From positions 1,330,493-1,394,492 of the forward strand of contig NW_003314277.1 of assembly GCF_000143415.4 (NCBI RefSeq): a DNA stretch of 64,000 nucleotides, written 5' to 3'. How positions within the stretch are numbered: position 1 is the stretch's first letter; every line of letters begins with the position of its first letter. The position numbers and the translations under genes are program-made. Shown piece after piece: positions 23,813-37,479 of this stretch. The notes under the pieces are model-generated. The model searched no databases. It was not told the DNA's origin and saw only the letters and a program-made list of their open reading frames with translations. The DNA is from Selaginella moellendorffii (taxonomy: Eukaryota > Plantae > Lycopodiophyta).

Positions 23813-23977
23813 ACTGGAAAAAGAAAAAGAAAACACAAAACAGTTGTAACTTGGGGAAATCACAGCCATTGATCCGGTTGACTTGGCCCATTTTTTGCCA
23901 ACTTGGGTGGAGCTCATACGTATATCTGCACACCCCCTCCCCCTTCACCCAAGTCAAAGCCTGGGTTTCAGAGAGCT

Positions 23978-26300
23978 ATGGAGGACATAATGAGTTCGAT
24001 CAATGTGATTTCTGAGCTTGCGCCAAATGCCAAAGCGTATCCTCGCCTGTGCAGGCTACTGTTTCTGGTATGCAGTCGACATGCCCGGTACTGCCCCATG
24101 TGGATCAAATGCGGGGTCAAATCTCACCTCTCACCATGGATCAAATATGCGGCCTTGGAGCGCCTTACCCATCTATTAGCTAGGGTGAAGAAATTTCTCA
24201 GGCAATGCAGTCATAAAAAGCACTGGGAGTGGATCGCTGCATCCAGGTATGACAGGAGATGGGAAGTTGTGGAACTTCTGTCAGAGCTTCAGGAATGTGT
24301 GGACATAATCAACTCGGAGACAATTCGAACGTCAGAGGGTATTTGGGCCCGTGTTCTTGAGCGGCTGTCCGATATTGAGCAGGAGCAGGATCTGTATTAT
24401 GACCTCCACAGTTTGGCAAACGAAGATTGTGACGAATTGGTGAAGAATGCAAGTTCAGAGGAGCTTGTCGAGTACTTATCTCAAAGACAAAGCGGCTACT
24501 GTCCAAGGATAACCATGGAAGATTGGCCTACTGGTCCCTTGTCTGATTTGAGACTTCGTTGGCTTGGTCAGACTGCTATACTTGTTGAGCTCGATAATGA
24601 TGAGGATCTTGAGGTGACGAGGGGTCCTTTCCTAGGTCCAAGTTCCTCTATTGTGCAGATTTTTGGATGGTGCCACTGCCACAATACCGGGAAGCGTTAC
24701 ATACTTACTGAGAATCACTACCATCGCACGTTTGCGGAGAGTAGCCACCGTAACAGACAGGTACTCACCGTTTCTCGCCTTCTGGAAGTCACTTACCAAG
24801 TTGCACAGACTGTTCTACACTTGCATAGACATGGTTTTCGGCAAGTTGAGATTGACCTGAAGTTGTATAATACCGTTGAGTTCATAGTTTATTGGTGGCG
24901 ACAGAAAAGGGGAAATGCAACAAACTTGAAGAGTTTACTCTGTGAATCATTAAAACTGTTTGTGAAGCTGGTTAAAGCTAGTTATGGTAAACAGAATGAA
25001 GAGGCCCTGAAAAAAATCATGAACCAGAGTGACTATGACTTTCCAGACATGGATGTGATAATCGATATCTTGCAAGCCTTTCGAAGACAGCACGCAGGTG
25101 TGTATAAACATAACAGGCTATGAATTTGAGCTCATGCTAGCAGGACAGGTGCTGAGTGGAGAAGCAGTTTTCAACACTCTGAGCTCCCCGGTGTTGAAGG
25201 CATTTACAGAGGCCGACCCTGCCACAGAATTGAGCTTTACAGTTCTGATGTGCCCCCTACACAGTTTGAGAACCTGCCTAAGGTGGTAAAGAAGTCGGCT
25301 CTCTATCTTAGTAGTTCATACACATCTGACTTTTGACTTTCAGGTTGTTGCAGAACTCAGCGTTCTGCAGCACCCCCACATCGTGCGGTACTATGCATCT
25401 GAGGCAGGCGTTAAAGCAATAAACTATCCATGGATTGTGAATTGCATGCTCTTCATTTATGAGGAGGACGTACCTGGAATAACACTTGCAAGTCTGTCAT
25501 TCAACGAAGATGAAGTTCGAAGATACACTTATCAGATTTTATCTGGCTTGGAGTATCTTCATAGCAAAGGCACAAGACACGGGTTCATGCTTTAAGATTG
25601 ATGGTGAAAACTTCATACTGATCTGTAGATTCTTTGTCAGGGCGCTCACAGCTGCAAACATACTTGTGGATACTTCGCATGAAGTTGTTAAGCTCTCTCA
25701 TTATGGCATCGCTTTGCAATCGGTATGTGTCTAGTCTGTAAACTCTGAAACTGTTACGATTTCCTTACCAGATTGAGGTCGTTCCTGAGATGCCGGCTGA
25801 GGTTTGTGGATTGATAATTGTGGCCACATTGCTGAAACTTGTATCTCCAGTATTCTGATAGTCTTTCAGCGGATGTTTGGAGCCTGGGCTGTGTTGTACT
25901 TGAAATGATCAAGAATGTGGAGCCACAGAGTAAATACTCAAGCACGGTTTGTATGCTCCCTTTTATTTATTTTTTTAAAAAACATTTTAAGTGGTTGGTT
26001 TCATCACAGCTCTCACACTTCTTTGGACGGGAAGTAGTCAACGTCCAATCTGGTGAGGAGGAGACCCCTGAAATGCCTGGGGACAGCTTCCTAGTCGATT
26101 GCAATTACTTTTTGCATCGGTGCTTCGAAAGAGGAACAAATAGACCCGCAGCGGCGCAACTGCTTGATCATCCTTTCGTGCGCAGGGTAAGCTGGTCTTT
26201 ACATAAACAAAATAATATGTGAGTTATTATTTGCATGCTAGGCATTCTATGACGAGTTGGAACGGCCGCGGTGGAAGAAAAGTGGAGGAAGAGGAGATTG
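23978..26300 (+). CDS. MLKL-like N-terminal helical bundle + degenerate kinase-like domain + MAPKKK-like pseudokinase domain
   Basis: LARVKKFLRQCSHKKHWEW bundle; IVQIFGWC and QVAQTVLHLH; spliced exons with HPHIVRYY, QILSGLEYLH, AANILV, ADVWSLGCVVLEM, LLDHPFV. Boundaries approximate. Confidence 0.65.
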
Positions 26301-26666
26301 AAGACAGTCCGCCTTCGTAATAAAGGAGACTGCGTTCGTAATACAAGAACTGAATGCTCTGAGGTTCCCAGGCTCAGTGATAAGGCACTTTAGGATCTAA
26401 TTTTCTGAAGATCGATAACAGAGTTTGATTGTTGTGGAGCGTGGCTCATACAAGCCTTGCCTGTTGCACAATGTAATACCAAGCGAATTTTAGTTTTCAT
26501 TACGTAAGTCATCATCCATTCATTCATATGCTTCTGCGGTGCTCAAGAAGCACGAGTGACTTTAAACACTACATTTATAAGTGAGAGATACAGATTCCTT
26601 GATCACTGTTGTAATGGATTATAATATTTACATTGGTATGCATGGTTTCTGAATTGGGGCATTTTT

Positions 26667-26905
26667 ATGGCTTCGGCGGGAAATCTCTTGTGCGTCTTGG
26701 CCATGGCGGCCACCGCGGCTCTGGCTGTGGCGAGCTCCTGGGAGTTATGCGGTAAGCGCGTTGCATTCCCTCGTCCTTTCTAGCTGCTTGGCGAATTAGG
26801 GCATAACAATCCTTGCTCTCTTCCCGTCAAGATCAAGGACGTGGAGGTCCTGCCGGATCCCGTTGTGAGCGGCCAGGATGCGGCATTCGTTGTTCCAGCG
26901 ACAAG
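26667..26905 (+). pseudogene. ML-domain (MD-2/NPC2-like lipid-binding) gene 5' fragment
   Basis: Signal peptide MASAGNLLCVLAMAATAALAVASSWELC, then VKIKDVEVLPDPVVSGQDAAFVVPAT; cut off by the duplicated block starting ~27016. Confidence 0.7.
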
Positions 26906-27015
26906 TAGGTTTTTTCTGCGGAGTTTCTTTTCCAAGTGATTATTGCGTGATTCCATGTAACATCTCAACAAAAAGCTGTATTCCCACGAGTAGGTTTTCT
27001 CTGCGAAGGTACTTA

Positions 27016-28304
27016 GCTGTATTTTAATCCAGCGACTGTGAAGATGCTGAGTAACCTTAAGGTTAGAGACATGTTGTTTCTTTCTTCTTATTGTTCTTGT
27101 GATGAGTATTTTATTGTAGGTGCTGATGATTGCCTTGCTTCTCAAAGTGATCATGAGACGCCGGTTTTCAGTTTTACAGGTGAAAGTTCGTGCATTTTGC
27201 TCTTCATGTGTTCTAACTTGTGGAAGCAGTGGGAGGCACTTGCTTTGCTACTGATTGGTATCAGTGTGAATCAGCTGCATACGACGCCAACTGGGACAAC
27301 GGTCGTCGTTCCGCTTCAATCCATTGCATATGTATACACCTTGATTTTTGTAAGTCAGATTTTCTATGCATCCTGTGCTGTTTGCTCAATCTACGATCTC
27401 CGTTACAGGTCACTGTGCCATCCATGGCATCCGTGTTCAATGAACCGCGCCCTTAAGAGTCAGTTCGACACAAGTGTTCATCTTCAGGTGCGTGTGCTAC
27501 ACGTAGTTTTTGTAAATGTTTTTCTCTCTGTTTCTTTTTGCAGAACCTGTTTCTTTACAGTTATGGAGCGATGTTCACCTTTCTAGCGATTCTGGTTACT
27601 GCTGATTTTAGTGGTATGGCCTTTACTCTATCTGGTTTTTTTCTTTTTCTTAATCCATGTGCGCTTTGTCAGCTGGGAATGGGCTTAATCGGGCCACTCT
27701 CGGGCAACAATGTTTCTAATCTTCAACAACGCAGCGCAAGGAATACTCTCTTGCTTCTTTTTAAAATATGCTGGTAAGTCTTGAACTTTTGATGTGGCGC
27801 TTCTATAGGTGCGTTTTTCCAGATGCAATCTTGAAAAAGTACTCGTCTACTGTTGCAACAATCTTTACGGCTTTGGCTTCTGCCGCCTTATTCGGGCACA
27901 AACTGACAATCAACTTTGTCTTAGGAGTATCAATTGTTATAATTTCTATGCACCAGGTATTCTCGTAGCTCTATTGCAAATACTCTGCTAACGTAATACT
28001 GTAACAGTTCTTCTCGGCACTTAGCGAAACGAAGGACGAAAAGCTTGACAATCACATGGACACGTTTGTTGACAAGCATAACACTTACACGAGGTAACCT
28101 TTATATGTGACCTCCATTTGTGCGTTCTAAGTTTCACCCTTCTTTCCTTTAGGCCCAAGGATGACGCTTTTATCGATATGACTACTGGGCTGGTGAACAG
28201 GTATGAACATCAATAGTATTTGCTATGTATACTTACATCCGGTGCTAACAGGCAAACCTTAAAGTCGGTATGATGGATGACAGACAACCTTTGCTTCCTA
28301 CTTA
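27016..28304 (+). pseudogene. 5'-truncated copy of the nucleotide-sugar transporter gene
   Basis: Near-identical inverted copy of 39967-41255; lacks the first exons; small indels. Confidence 0.85.
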
Positions 28305-28559
28305 AGCTCGAGCGCAGTAATATAGCAGTGTTAGTAGTATATGGAGCAGCATACTGTACAAAACCGCGGCGATGGGTAAGGAGACGGTAGCGTTTCCATT
28401 CAAGCCAATTTTTGCTGAGGAAGGTGTGAGTGGCTGTCTCAGAGCGAATGCACACGAGCTAAATAAGATGGGGGGGGAAAGCATTTTCGTTACCAGGATC
28501 AATGGCTGTGATTTCCTCAAGTTACAACCGTTTTGTGTTTTCTTTTTCTTTTTCCAGTG

Positions 28560-29709
28560 ATGAGGTGCCGTAGCAGACCGGGCTTGCTTGTTCTGTTCTA
28601 TATTTTCGGCGTCTACAACTTGACTTGTCTCTGGAGCCACAGTAGCTGGCCTACGAGTATGCTACTGTTACCCTGGATTGCCGCTGATAGTGTCAACAGC
28701 TTGGTAAGTTAAATCCTCTTCTATTCACTGATTGCTGTTTTCTTTCTTTCCTTTTTTATAATTTTTTCAGACCGCGGACGAGTTTCGCAATCTTCAAACT
28801 GTGCTGAAGGAAGCTGCATTTAACAAGACTGTCATTGTGACTCCTTTGAATAAGGCTTGGGCATCAGAACTGCTATCCTACTTCCTGGCTAGCTTCCAAG
28901 ACGGTGACGATACGACTCGCCTTCTTCCGACGCTGCTGATCTTCACGTTGGATCCATCTGCGCACAAGAAATGCCTGGAAGCTCATCCGCACTGCATCCT
29001 CCTCGAGAGCAATGGCGTGGACCTTTCAGTAGAGAAGCCGTACATGACCCGGGACTACTTGAGAATGACAAGGAAGAAAATATCGTTCCTGAGCATTCTT
29101 CTACAGATGGGATAGAACTTCATCTTCTCGGTAAACCTTTGAACCACTTTCTCCTTGCCTTCCTGTACTAACTTCTTTTCCAGGAATCCTCTCCAGGATG
29201 CAGACAATTTCTCTCCGGAAGCAGACGTGGAGCTGGCTTGTGACTTTTTCAATGGCAACGAGACGGACATTCGCAACCAGGACAACACGGGGTTGATGCA
29301 CGTGAGATCCAATAACCGGACGATCGAGCTCTTCAAGTACTGGGACAGGCACGCCAAGTTCTACTACCACATCCACGACCAGGAAGTCTTCGACAGGATC
29401 AAGCTCCACGCCGAGTTCCGGGCCATAGGAGCCAAGATCCGGTTCATGCCAACGGAGGTGTTCAGTGGGTTTTGCGAGCCAGCCAGCGGCATGGAAAGAG
29501 TTTGCACCATTCATGCCAACTGCTGCCAGGGCCTCCGCTCCAAGCTTGCGGATTTGCAGCTCGTCCAAGAGGACTGGAACCATTTCATGCGGACCAGGAA
29601 CAGAGCAAATCGGCCCAAGAGGTTTCGAGCTCCGAGGACATGCCTCAAGGGATGCTTCTCGGCCTTCACGTCGAAACCGTGCTACAGGTCTTGCTACACA
29701 GACGTTTGA
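28560..29709 (+). pseudogene. GT77-like transferase pseudogene (copy B)
   Basis: TAG at 29113-29115; deletion of VLWLRNPFS after the DAD motif; exon-1 deletions relative to 38513-39713. Confidence 0.85.
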
Positions 29710-29849
29710 ATGTTTCCTGGATGCCAACTTAAACTTGTTCGATGGGACTAGGAAAACTTGTTTTCATCAGATTTTCAATGAGTTCATGTAAGTGCATAAT
29801 GCTTCCTATTTTGCGAATTGCCAGTTTTCACCCTCATTCATACAGTGAT

Positions 29850-30750
29850 TTGCAGCTCAGCCGGGGAGTTGCAAAGTTAGCTCTGAAGCCAGCTTGCTTG
29901 TTTCTCTATCAGGCCGACCGAGTTTTGATCCGGTGGAAGGCTGGGCTTGCAAAACTGCGAAGGGGATGAAACGAACAGCAACTGGATGCCCCGGGCACAT
30001 CCAGCAGAGAATGGGATCGTCTTCCGAAAGGCTCCAAGGTGCTCATGGACATCTGGCAATCGGAAGAGATCCAAAATACTGGCCTAACCCAGAAGACTTT
30101 CGTCCTACCGTGTAGCTGGCTAATGCCTCTTTCAGGACTGCGTGCATGTAAGGCAAGCCGGGGACATCTGAAGGCCTTAAGAGACGCTTGGTCCCAATTG
30201 CGTCTTGGATTTCTTCATGCGGTTTTTGCATGACCAAGGGGTTCTGAATTATTTCTGCCATCGCCCAGTACAGCTCCCGTCATGCTGTCAATTCAGCTGC
30301 AACCAGATCAAGAACTTTGTGTTTACTTACAGTGAGCAGGACCATGTCTGAGAGATTATTATCAGCAGCGTCTTGCAGAGACAGAAGCACATCCGTCCAG
30401 TCCTTGGGAATGAATTCCTGGCCCGAGGATTCAATCTCGAGTTTGCAACTTTGGCATCAGATCGTCCCTTATTCTCTGGTTCACTCCATGGAGATCAAGA
30501 CAATCAAGTGGCGGTATGAACTTCCCGACATTGATGCTCAGGGTCTGCTTCTCAATCAGGCTGATCAAGTCCAAATAGAACCTGGCAGAACGCACCAGAG
30601 ACAAACTTACCTATCAATTCTGTGAGTTTGATGACTTTGGAGGCGGTGGAAGATGTCCAACATCTTTGACTATGAGCTCCATTTCAGATTCTTGGTAACC
30701 AGTAGCAGCATCCAACCTGGAGTGCTTCCAGAACCGTAAGGAGTAAGCAT
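29850..30750 (-). pseudogene. Cytochrome P450 fragment (copy B)
   Basis: DVPGLPYMHAVLKEAL and IPFSAG..CPG on the minus strand; LPKGSKVLMDIW/IGRDPKYWPNPEDFRP on the plus strand. Confidence 0.8.
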
Positions 30751-30807
30751 AACATCTTTCCATCTGAAGTTGAAGTTGAAGTTTTGGTTTTTCTTCCACT
30801 AGATAAT

Positions 30808-32250
30808 TGAGGTGTATGAATAAGAGGCTGTGCCATGAGAGAGGAGTGATTTTGTAATGGTTATGAGTGTATGGAATATAGAAAGAGAATATATAACATG
30901 TGCATATCAATTAGCCCAATATGAACATATGAAATATAGAAAGGGAATATAAAAAATGTGCATATCAATTACCCCAAAACCCCTAATTTATATATAAGAG
31001 TAGATTGAAATCAATTTAACAACTATCAAAATCCCATTACATTAATATTAATATACAGCATCATAGCTATACATTTGGCCGTAATATTATCCCTTCTTTT
31101 CGAAATAATGGAAGACCATCAACGTTCCTTTATAGATGGGTTGGTGTTATAAATGTGACTTTGGGTATTAAAAAATATTTGTCAAACAATCTTTACAGAC
31201 ATTTTTTCCTTACTGGCATGACGGCAGAAGGTTGGTACTGTTGATTCTTTTTATTAGCCTCTTTTGTCCAAGTGTTAGTAAATTAGACTTAGCATCTGTA
31301 CTTGGCCGGATAAGCATAAGGACGGAATTTTTAAGTGTCTATTTGGCCAAACATACTTGGCCCAACTTTTTAATTTTATTTTACTCTATCTTGCACTAAC
31401 TTGGCAAGAACCCTTACTTATTGAGATTGGTCCTTCAATATCGCTGGATGATAGTTTATCGTGTTTGCCAAACACCCTCACTATCATGCCATCTATGTTA
31501 GTTTCATTTTGGTTTCAAATGTTATTTATGGAAAGTGTCTAGATTTGCTCATTTAGCATATTTACGGAATGTAAAGATCAGCCTAAACACAATGGTGTTT
31601 GATTTTATGGGACTTTTTCCATGATTGATGGCTTATATATGCAATGGGATTTCTTACATCAATACACTTCCAAAATCAATATCAAAAGCATCTATGTGCA
31701 AAATGAAAGGTCAAGTGATATGTCAAAACCAAAGAAGTCATTAATAACTTTTTTGAAATCCATGAATGCCCACTCACAATCCACAGATCAAATGAAAGAT
31801 AACATTGATGACTTTAGCAACACTCGCAATGGTGAAATGTGATAAAAAAGATGATTCACAAAATGACTAAAATATTGTATCTTGCCTAAGAAGCATTGTA
31901 TATCATTTACACACTTCAGAGTAAGGAACTTTAGAATAGCCACAAGTTTGTCATGATCAATTTGCAAACCCTCACGAGAAATACGGTATCTAAGATAAAT
32001 CGTGCCCTTGGACCTAAACACGCATTTCGACTGTTTCAACTTTAAATATAACCAATCCAACACTTTACAAATATTATGGATCAAGACATCATTAATGAAG
32101 GCAATAGTCATCTCTAATATATCGTAAAGAATTTTGTCCATAATCTGCTGGAAAGTCTAGAGCATTGTTTAAACCAAATAGCATCACCAAAAACTCGTAC
32201 AAACCAAACAATGTACCAAAAGCAATCTTAGGAATTGTCATGAATATAAC
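30808..32250 (-). mobile_element. Heavily mutated, internally deleted Gypsy relic of the same family as 18788-21290
   Basis: LTR 30808-31085 is inverted-homologous to 21116-21290; RT peptide LKLKQSKCVF..DKLVAILKF..FLGKIQY matches ORF 18766. Confidence 0.85.
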
Positions 32251-33454
32251 TTTGCCATAACTACCTTCAATTAACTTCACAAACAATTTTAATGATTGTG
32301 TCTCACCAGCACCTCGCGGCAAGCTTTTCAAGTTTGTCACATTCTCCCTCTCTTGTCACCATCAGTAAACCATGAACTTGACTATATTATGCAGCCTTAG
32401 GTCAACCTTAGCTTCCCAAAAACCATGTCTATGAAAGTGTAGAACAGTTTGTGCAACTTGGTAAGTGACTTCCAAAAGGTGAGACACGATGAGTGCCTCA
32501 GTATGATGACTGTGGTGGTCGTCACTCTCCATAACTATGTGACTGTTGCGATTCTTGGTAAGTATGTAACGCTTCCCGGTATCGTGGCAGTGGCACCACC
32601 CAAAAATCTGGACAATAGAGGAACTTGGACCTAGGAAAGAACCCTTTCGTCACCTTGAGATTCTCATCAAAGCATCCATTTCCCTTCTCTTCTGCAACTC
32701 ATCTGACGTCTTGCAACAATGGGAAACGATATGAGAAAGGTAAGCACAAAAAAAGAGGAGGAAAGCTATAAGCTTTCACCTCAGAATACCTCTTTAATTG
32801 AGCTCGACAAGTATAACAGCCTGACCCAGCCAACCAAGTCTCAAATCAGACCACTCCTCGATTGAACCACCAGGCCAATCTTCCATGTTTATTCTTGGAC
32901 AGTAGCCACTTTGTCTTTGAGATAAGTACTTGACAAGCTCCTCTGAACTTGCATTCTTCACCAATTCGGCACAATCTTCGTTTGCCAAACTGTGGAGGTC
33001 ATAATACAGATCCTGCTCCTGCTCAATATCGGACAGCTGCTCAAGAACACGGCTCATCCACATACCCTCTTTTAGAAGACGTTCGGATTGCGTCCGAGTT
33101 GATTATGTCCACACATTCCTGAAGCTCTGACAGAAGTTCCACAACTTCCCATCTCCTGTCATACCTGGATGTAGCGATCCACTCCCAGTGCTCTTTATGA
33201 CTGCATTGCCCAAGAAATTCCTTCACCCTATCCAATACATGGGCAAGGCGCCTCAATGCCGCAACTGGGAGTGTGCATAGTGGGAATCTGGCATTTTGTA
33301 TCTGCTTCCACATGGAGCAGTATAGGGCATGTTGATTGCATGCCAGAAACAGCAGCCTGCACAGACAAAGGATACGCTTTGGCACAAGCTTAGAAATCGC
33401 ATCGATCGACCTCAGTATGTCCTCCATAGCTCTCTGAAACCTAAATTTGACCAT
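32250..33454 (-). pseudogene. Truncated paralogue of the helical-bundle/kinase-like gene at 23978
   Basis: Shares RAMEDI, HWEWIA.SRYDRRWEVVELLSELQECVDIINS and LSDIEQEQDLYYDLHSLANEDC; frameshifted; cut by the Gypsy relic. Confidence 0.85.
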
Positions 33455-33589
33455 AGAGAACCTACGAAACTCCTTTTATACGTGGCCTATGCCCTTTTCC
33501 AAACTCTTTCATATAAGTTCCTAAACCATGAAATATTTTCAGAATATTCTAGTATCTGGCTTTGACTTGGTATATGTAGCACTGTTAGA

Positions 33590-35060
33590 GATGGATGCAG
33601 ATCAGCAAGTCCTTACTGTATGGTGAGTTTTGACGGGCAGCAGGTCAAGACCCAAGTACGACACAGGACTCTGAATCCGGAATGGAATGAGACCCTGGAT
33701 CTCAATGTTTAGGGGGATGCATTGCAGCGAAGCCATCTCTGTTCTGAATTACACGAATTGGCGTTCTCTGAGGAAAATCAAGATAAAGGGTAGTGACGTT
33801 CCGCATCGTTCAGCTGGGCCTTCCGATTCCGAGCAGCGAGAGTACCCGCTGAAGATCAGCTTGGGCTGCATCGAGATCATGGAGAGAGGTTCGTTGACAC
33901 TCAAGCTATGGTGGAATGGCCTGGTTGACCATCAAGAACATCCTTCATTTCGGGTTCGAATCCCTGCACCACAAATTCACAGCGTCGAGCATGAAGCTGA
34001 ACTCGATAAGATCATGACGAACATAGATCAGACTGCAAGTGCTGTCGGAGTCCATAAGGAACAGTGCTTGCTGTTGCGTTTGGTTTGCAAGGCTAGCGTT
34101 GAAATGGCAAGAGGGTATGCAGGCAGTAAGCTCTTCTTAAGGAGGCTAAGACAATTCATCAGGAAAGCGAACGGGCTGATTTGAGAGTGTTCCAAGCTTG
34201 AGGAGCATTGGGAGTGGCTTGCGGCTGTGAAATACAGCAGGAAATTGGAAGTCAAGGAGATCGTTGAGGAACTTCATTTCATGTGCGGGCTCATTGGCGG
34301 AAGTCGCATTCAGATTTTGCCGCCAAATTTGCATGTAGCATTGAAAGCCGCACTGAAACAACAGGCCTAATGTGGGAATTTTAGAGGTCACTATGCTGAA
34401 TACATACTATAGAGAGTAAATTCTTCAGAGCTGCCCGAATTGAATTTGGAGAATGTGAGTGTTCATTTCGGGGAAATGCTCGGTAGAGGAAACTTTGGTG
34501 TTGTTCGTAAAGGAACGTGGCATCAAAGGCTAGTTGCAGTCAAGGAGTTTGATCATCTACCACCAGAACTGCGCGCACTATCAAGTATACAGGCTGCTCC
34601 TCACATTGTTCAAACCATCAGCTACTACAAAAAGGTTAATGAAAGCTGTACCCACTTGGTCATGGAGGTAATGAGGATGGATCTAAAAGAGTATGCAAGC
34701 AAGAAAAAAGGGCTCATGCACTTGGAACTGGTTGAGATGCTGCTCCAGATTACCAAGGGCCTCGAGTTCTTGCATGGAAATGACATCGTGCATAGAGACC
34801 TCAAGCCAGAAAACGTTCTAATCGATTTCACTGATGAGGACGACTCCAGTAGGGACGAGTATTTTCATGGCCCCAGAAGAAAGGGTGAGAGCATGTACTC
34901 AAGATCAGTGGACCTTTACAGCCTTGGAAAGACATTCTCCCAGTTGGTCTTGTCATAGCCTGCCATCAGGAAGCCAAAAGCAGAGCTGGAGGCTCTGATA
35001 TGTCAATGTTGTCACAAGCCATCCCAAAGACCGGTTGTAAGTGATGAAGTCATTACGTGA
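33590..35060 (+). pseudogene. C2 domain + MLKL-like helical bundle + Ser/Thr kinase pseudogene
   Basis: SASPYCMVSFDGQQVKTQVRHRTLNPEWNETL (C2); VGVHKEQCLLL..HWEWLAA; GRGNFGVV, VAVK, HRDLKPEN; in-frame stops; DFG-APE segment missing. Confidence 0.75.
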
Positions 35061-37479
35061 CATTTTGCGCTTCAGTCTTGTAGGCGGAAAAACCTGCCAT
35101 ACACAAAGCATATATGGGCATTTTTAAATATGGCAACTGGATGTATTTTTTGTTTTTAATTGCTATAAGAGCAATTTAAACGTATAATATTTTTGTTGTG
35201 GGACATGCCATGTATTCATGGGGCATTGACATTTTAGACTGCCATGCAAGTTTGATACCACTTCATTTCAAATAATATAATATCACTACAAATTTAGTAA
35301 ATGTTTTTTTTTTCATTCTTGCTTTTTTTCACTTTGATTTGTGAGTTTTTTTTTAATTGTGACTTCTCTCTTCTTTCCTTTACACATATTCAACTATGTC
35401 ATTTGCCTCTCATTTCTCATGAAAGAGCACTTGTATTTCTCACATAATAGCACCCTTATTTCTCACACAAGAGCACACCTTTTGGCTATGTTCATTTTAG
35501 CAGCTTGGAGGTAGGCCTCCCATCCCTTAAGGCATGATATTCCACAGGCTATGGAATATTCTTGTAATATTCCTGTGGTTTGGAGCATAATACCACAATT
35601 GTGCACTAATTTAGGCTACATAGTGCTTAAAGTGTCACAATAAGGGCATTAGGCAAAGACACAAAAGCTTGTTTTGGCTGCTTGAGTGCTATGGTTTTAC
35701 AATAAACAATTGAATCATATAGTAGCTATAGAACATTAGTTCTATCAATTTCTCAATCTTAATCACACATATAGAGTTTTTGGCATTACAATGGTTTATT
35801 TTGCTACGACATTTTACAAAGTGATTGCATAAACTTTTCTTTCTAGGGCTTTTGCTTTTTGGTTTAAGCTTTGTAATCATTATAGTGAGTCTATTGTGGG
35901 GAGTGTAGATTATTATAACACAATATTTGTATGTAAGTAATTGATTTATGCCAATTCTTCTCTAATGCATGTGGTAATGTATGTGGTTTCTATTTTAGAT
36001 TCTTTTCATGGCTAAAGAACTGAGAGTTTTGTAATAATTTGAATGACATACACTTTGGTACACTGCTGTAGTGCGGTGATTTGCTAACTTTTTGGGTTCA
36101 AAATCTCATATTGTTTTGTTAATGTTAATACACTTTTAGGTAAATTGCCTATTAGTATGGCTTAAATTTTGAGAATGTGGTCCTTCATCTCATTTATTTT
36201 TCAAAGCATTGGGAATTGGGCTGTCATTTATGTTAGGTGAGGATAGTGAGATGATATACTTTACATGAGAGGATACCAATATATTTATATCATAATATAT
36301 ATACCTCCCCACATTTACACTTTTGTGGCCTTTTTTTATTATAGGAAAAAAATTCATGCTCTATTAAATCGGGAGCAAGGAATTCTTATACATGGCTTAG
36401 TGGCAATATTTACTTACACATAACATCAAAATTAGAGATTATGTCAACCTCTTTTCTTCCAACACAATGATTTTACATGTATGGGTGTTTCCATATAACC
36501 TTACTCTATTTCAAATCATAAAGCTAATAGTACAAGTAAAAGATGACCGCAAGAAGGTGAAGAGGGAGTGGCAAAGGAAGATCTCACTACCATAGAGATT
36601 TACCTTGCAAAGAAAAAATAAAATTTTAAAATTGCTTTTAAATCAAAATCAAAATCTACATAAATTAATGAAAAGAAATATTTTTATTTTTAACATTTTA
36701 TAATATACATATGAATACTCTAAGTATCTATAAACTTTTAGGAATATTCAATTACTCTAATGTTCTTAATAATCTCATTAAATTTAAAGAAAAAGATTTA
36801 ACTTAAAATATGTTTATTTAGATGAGTATCCCACTATTGCTATTTCTGTATGTGAAAGTTCAGTATTGAAGTTGATGCATGCAATACCAAAATCGGTGAG
36901 TTTCAGGACAAACTGCTCTCAAAAAATATCATTATTGATATTAAAATTTTGGAAGAATATATAAGTGACAAAATTTTCTTTTAGTTATTTAACCACACTT
37001 TCAACTACTTTTAAGTGTCTTAATTATAACTTTCACATATCTTCATAATAACTTAGGGTATTTACTAAGACTTTATATAACTTCAAAGCCATTTTGACTT
37101 ACTTCATTAGTTATTTAAAACCATCTATATCTGCAATATATTTTAACTTGAAAAAAGGTAATTACTAATATTTGCTAACTCATTGAAATACATTCTAAAT
37201 TAATCTTTTTTGCAACAGAATAAAAAAGAAAGGAAAGCTTCCACCAAGTAAACTTAAATACTTTATAAAAAATGAACACTATCTTAGTTTTTATTTGAGC
37301 TATAATTAATTTAATTATTATGTAAAAGGCCAAAATTAAAAAGTTGAATATAAATATTTTAAAAGGCTTTATGAAGTAAGAAACTTTACTCTTAAAAACA
37401 TCAAAAAATGAAAAACAAATTGTACAAATTATCTAATGGAAGGAAAACCAAAACTTCAGTTTTGAATGGAAAAATGTTA

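Noticed and set aside
35090-37340. AT-rich stretch as a possible non-autonomous element; partial CATGCCAT half-sites near 35205
   Set aside because: No termini, ORF or full palindrome recognisable by eye.
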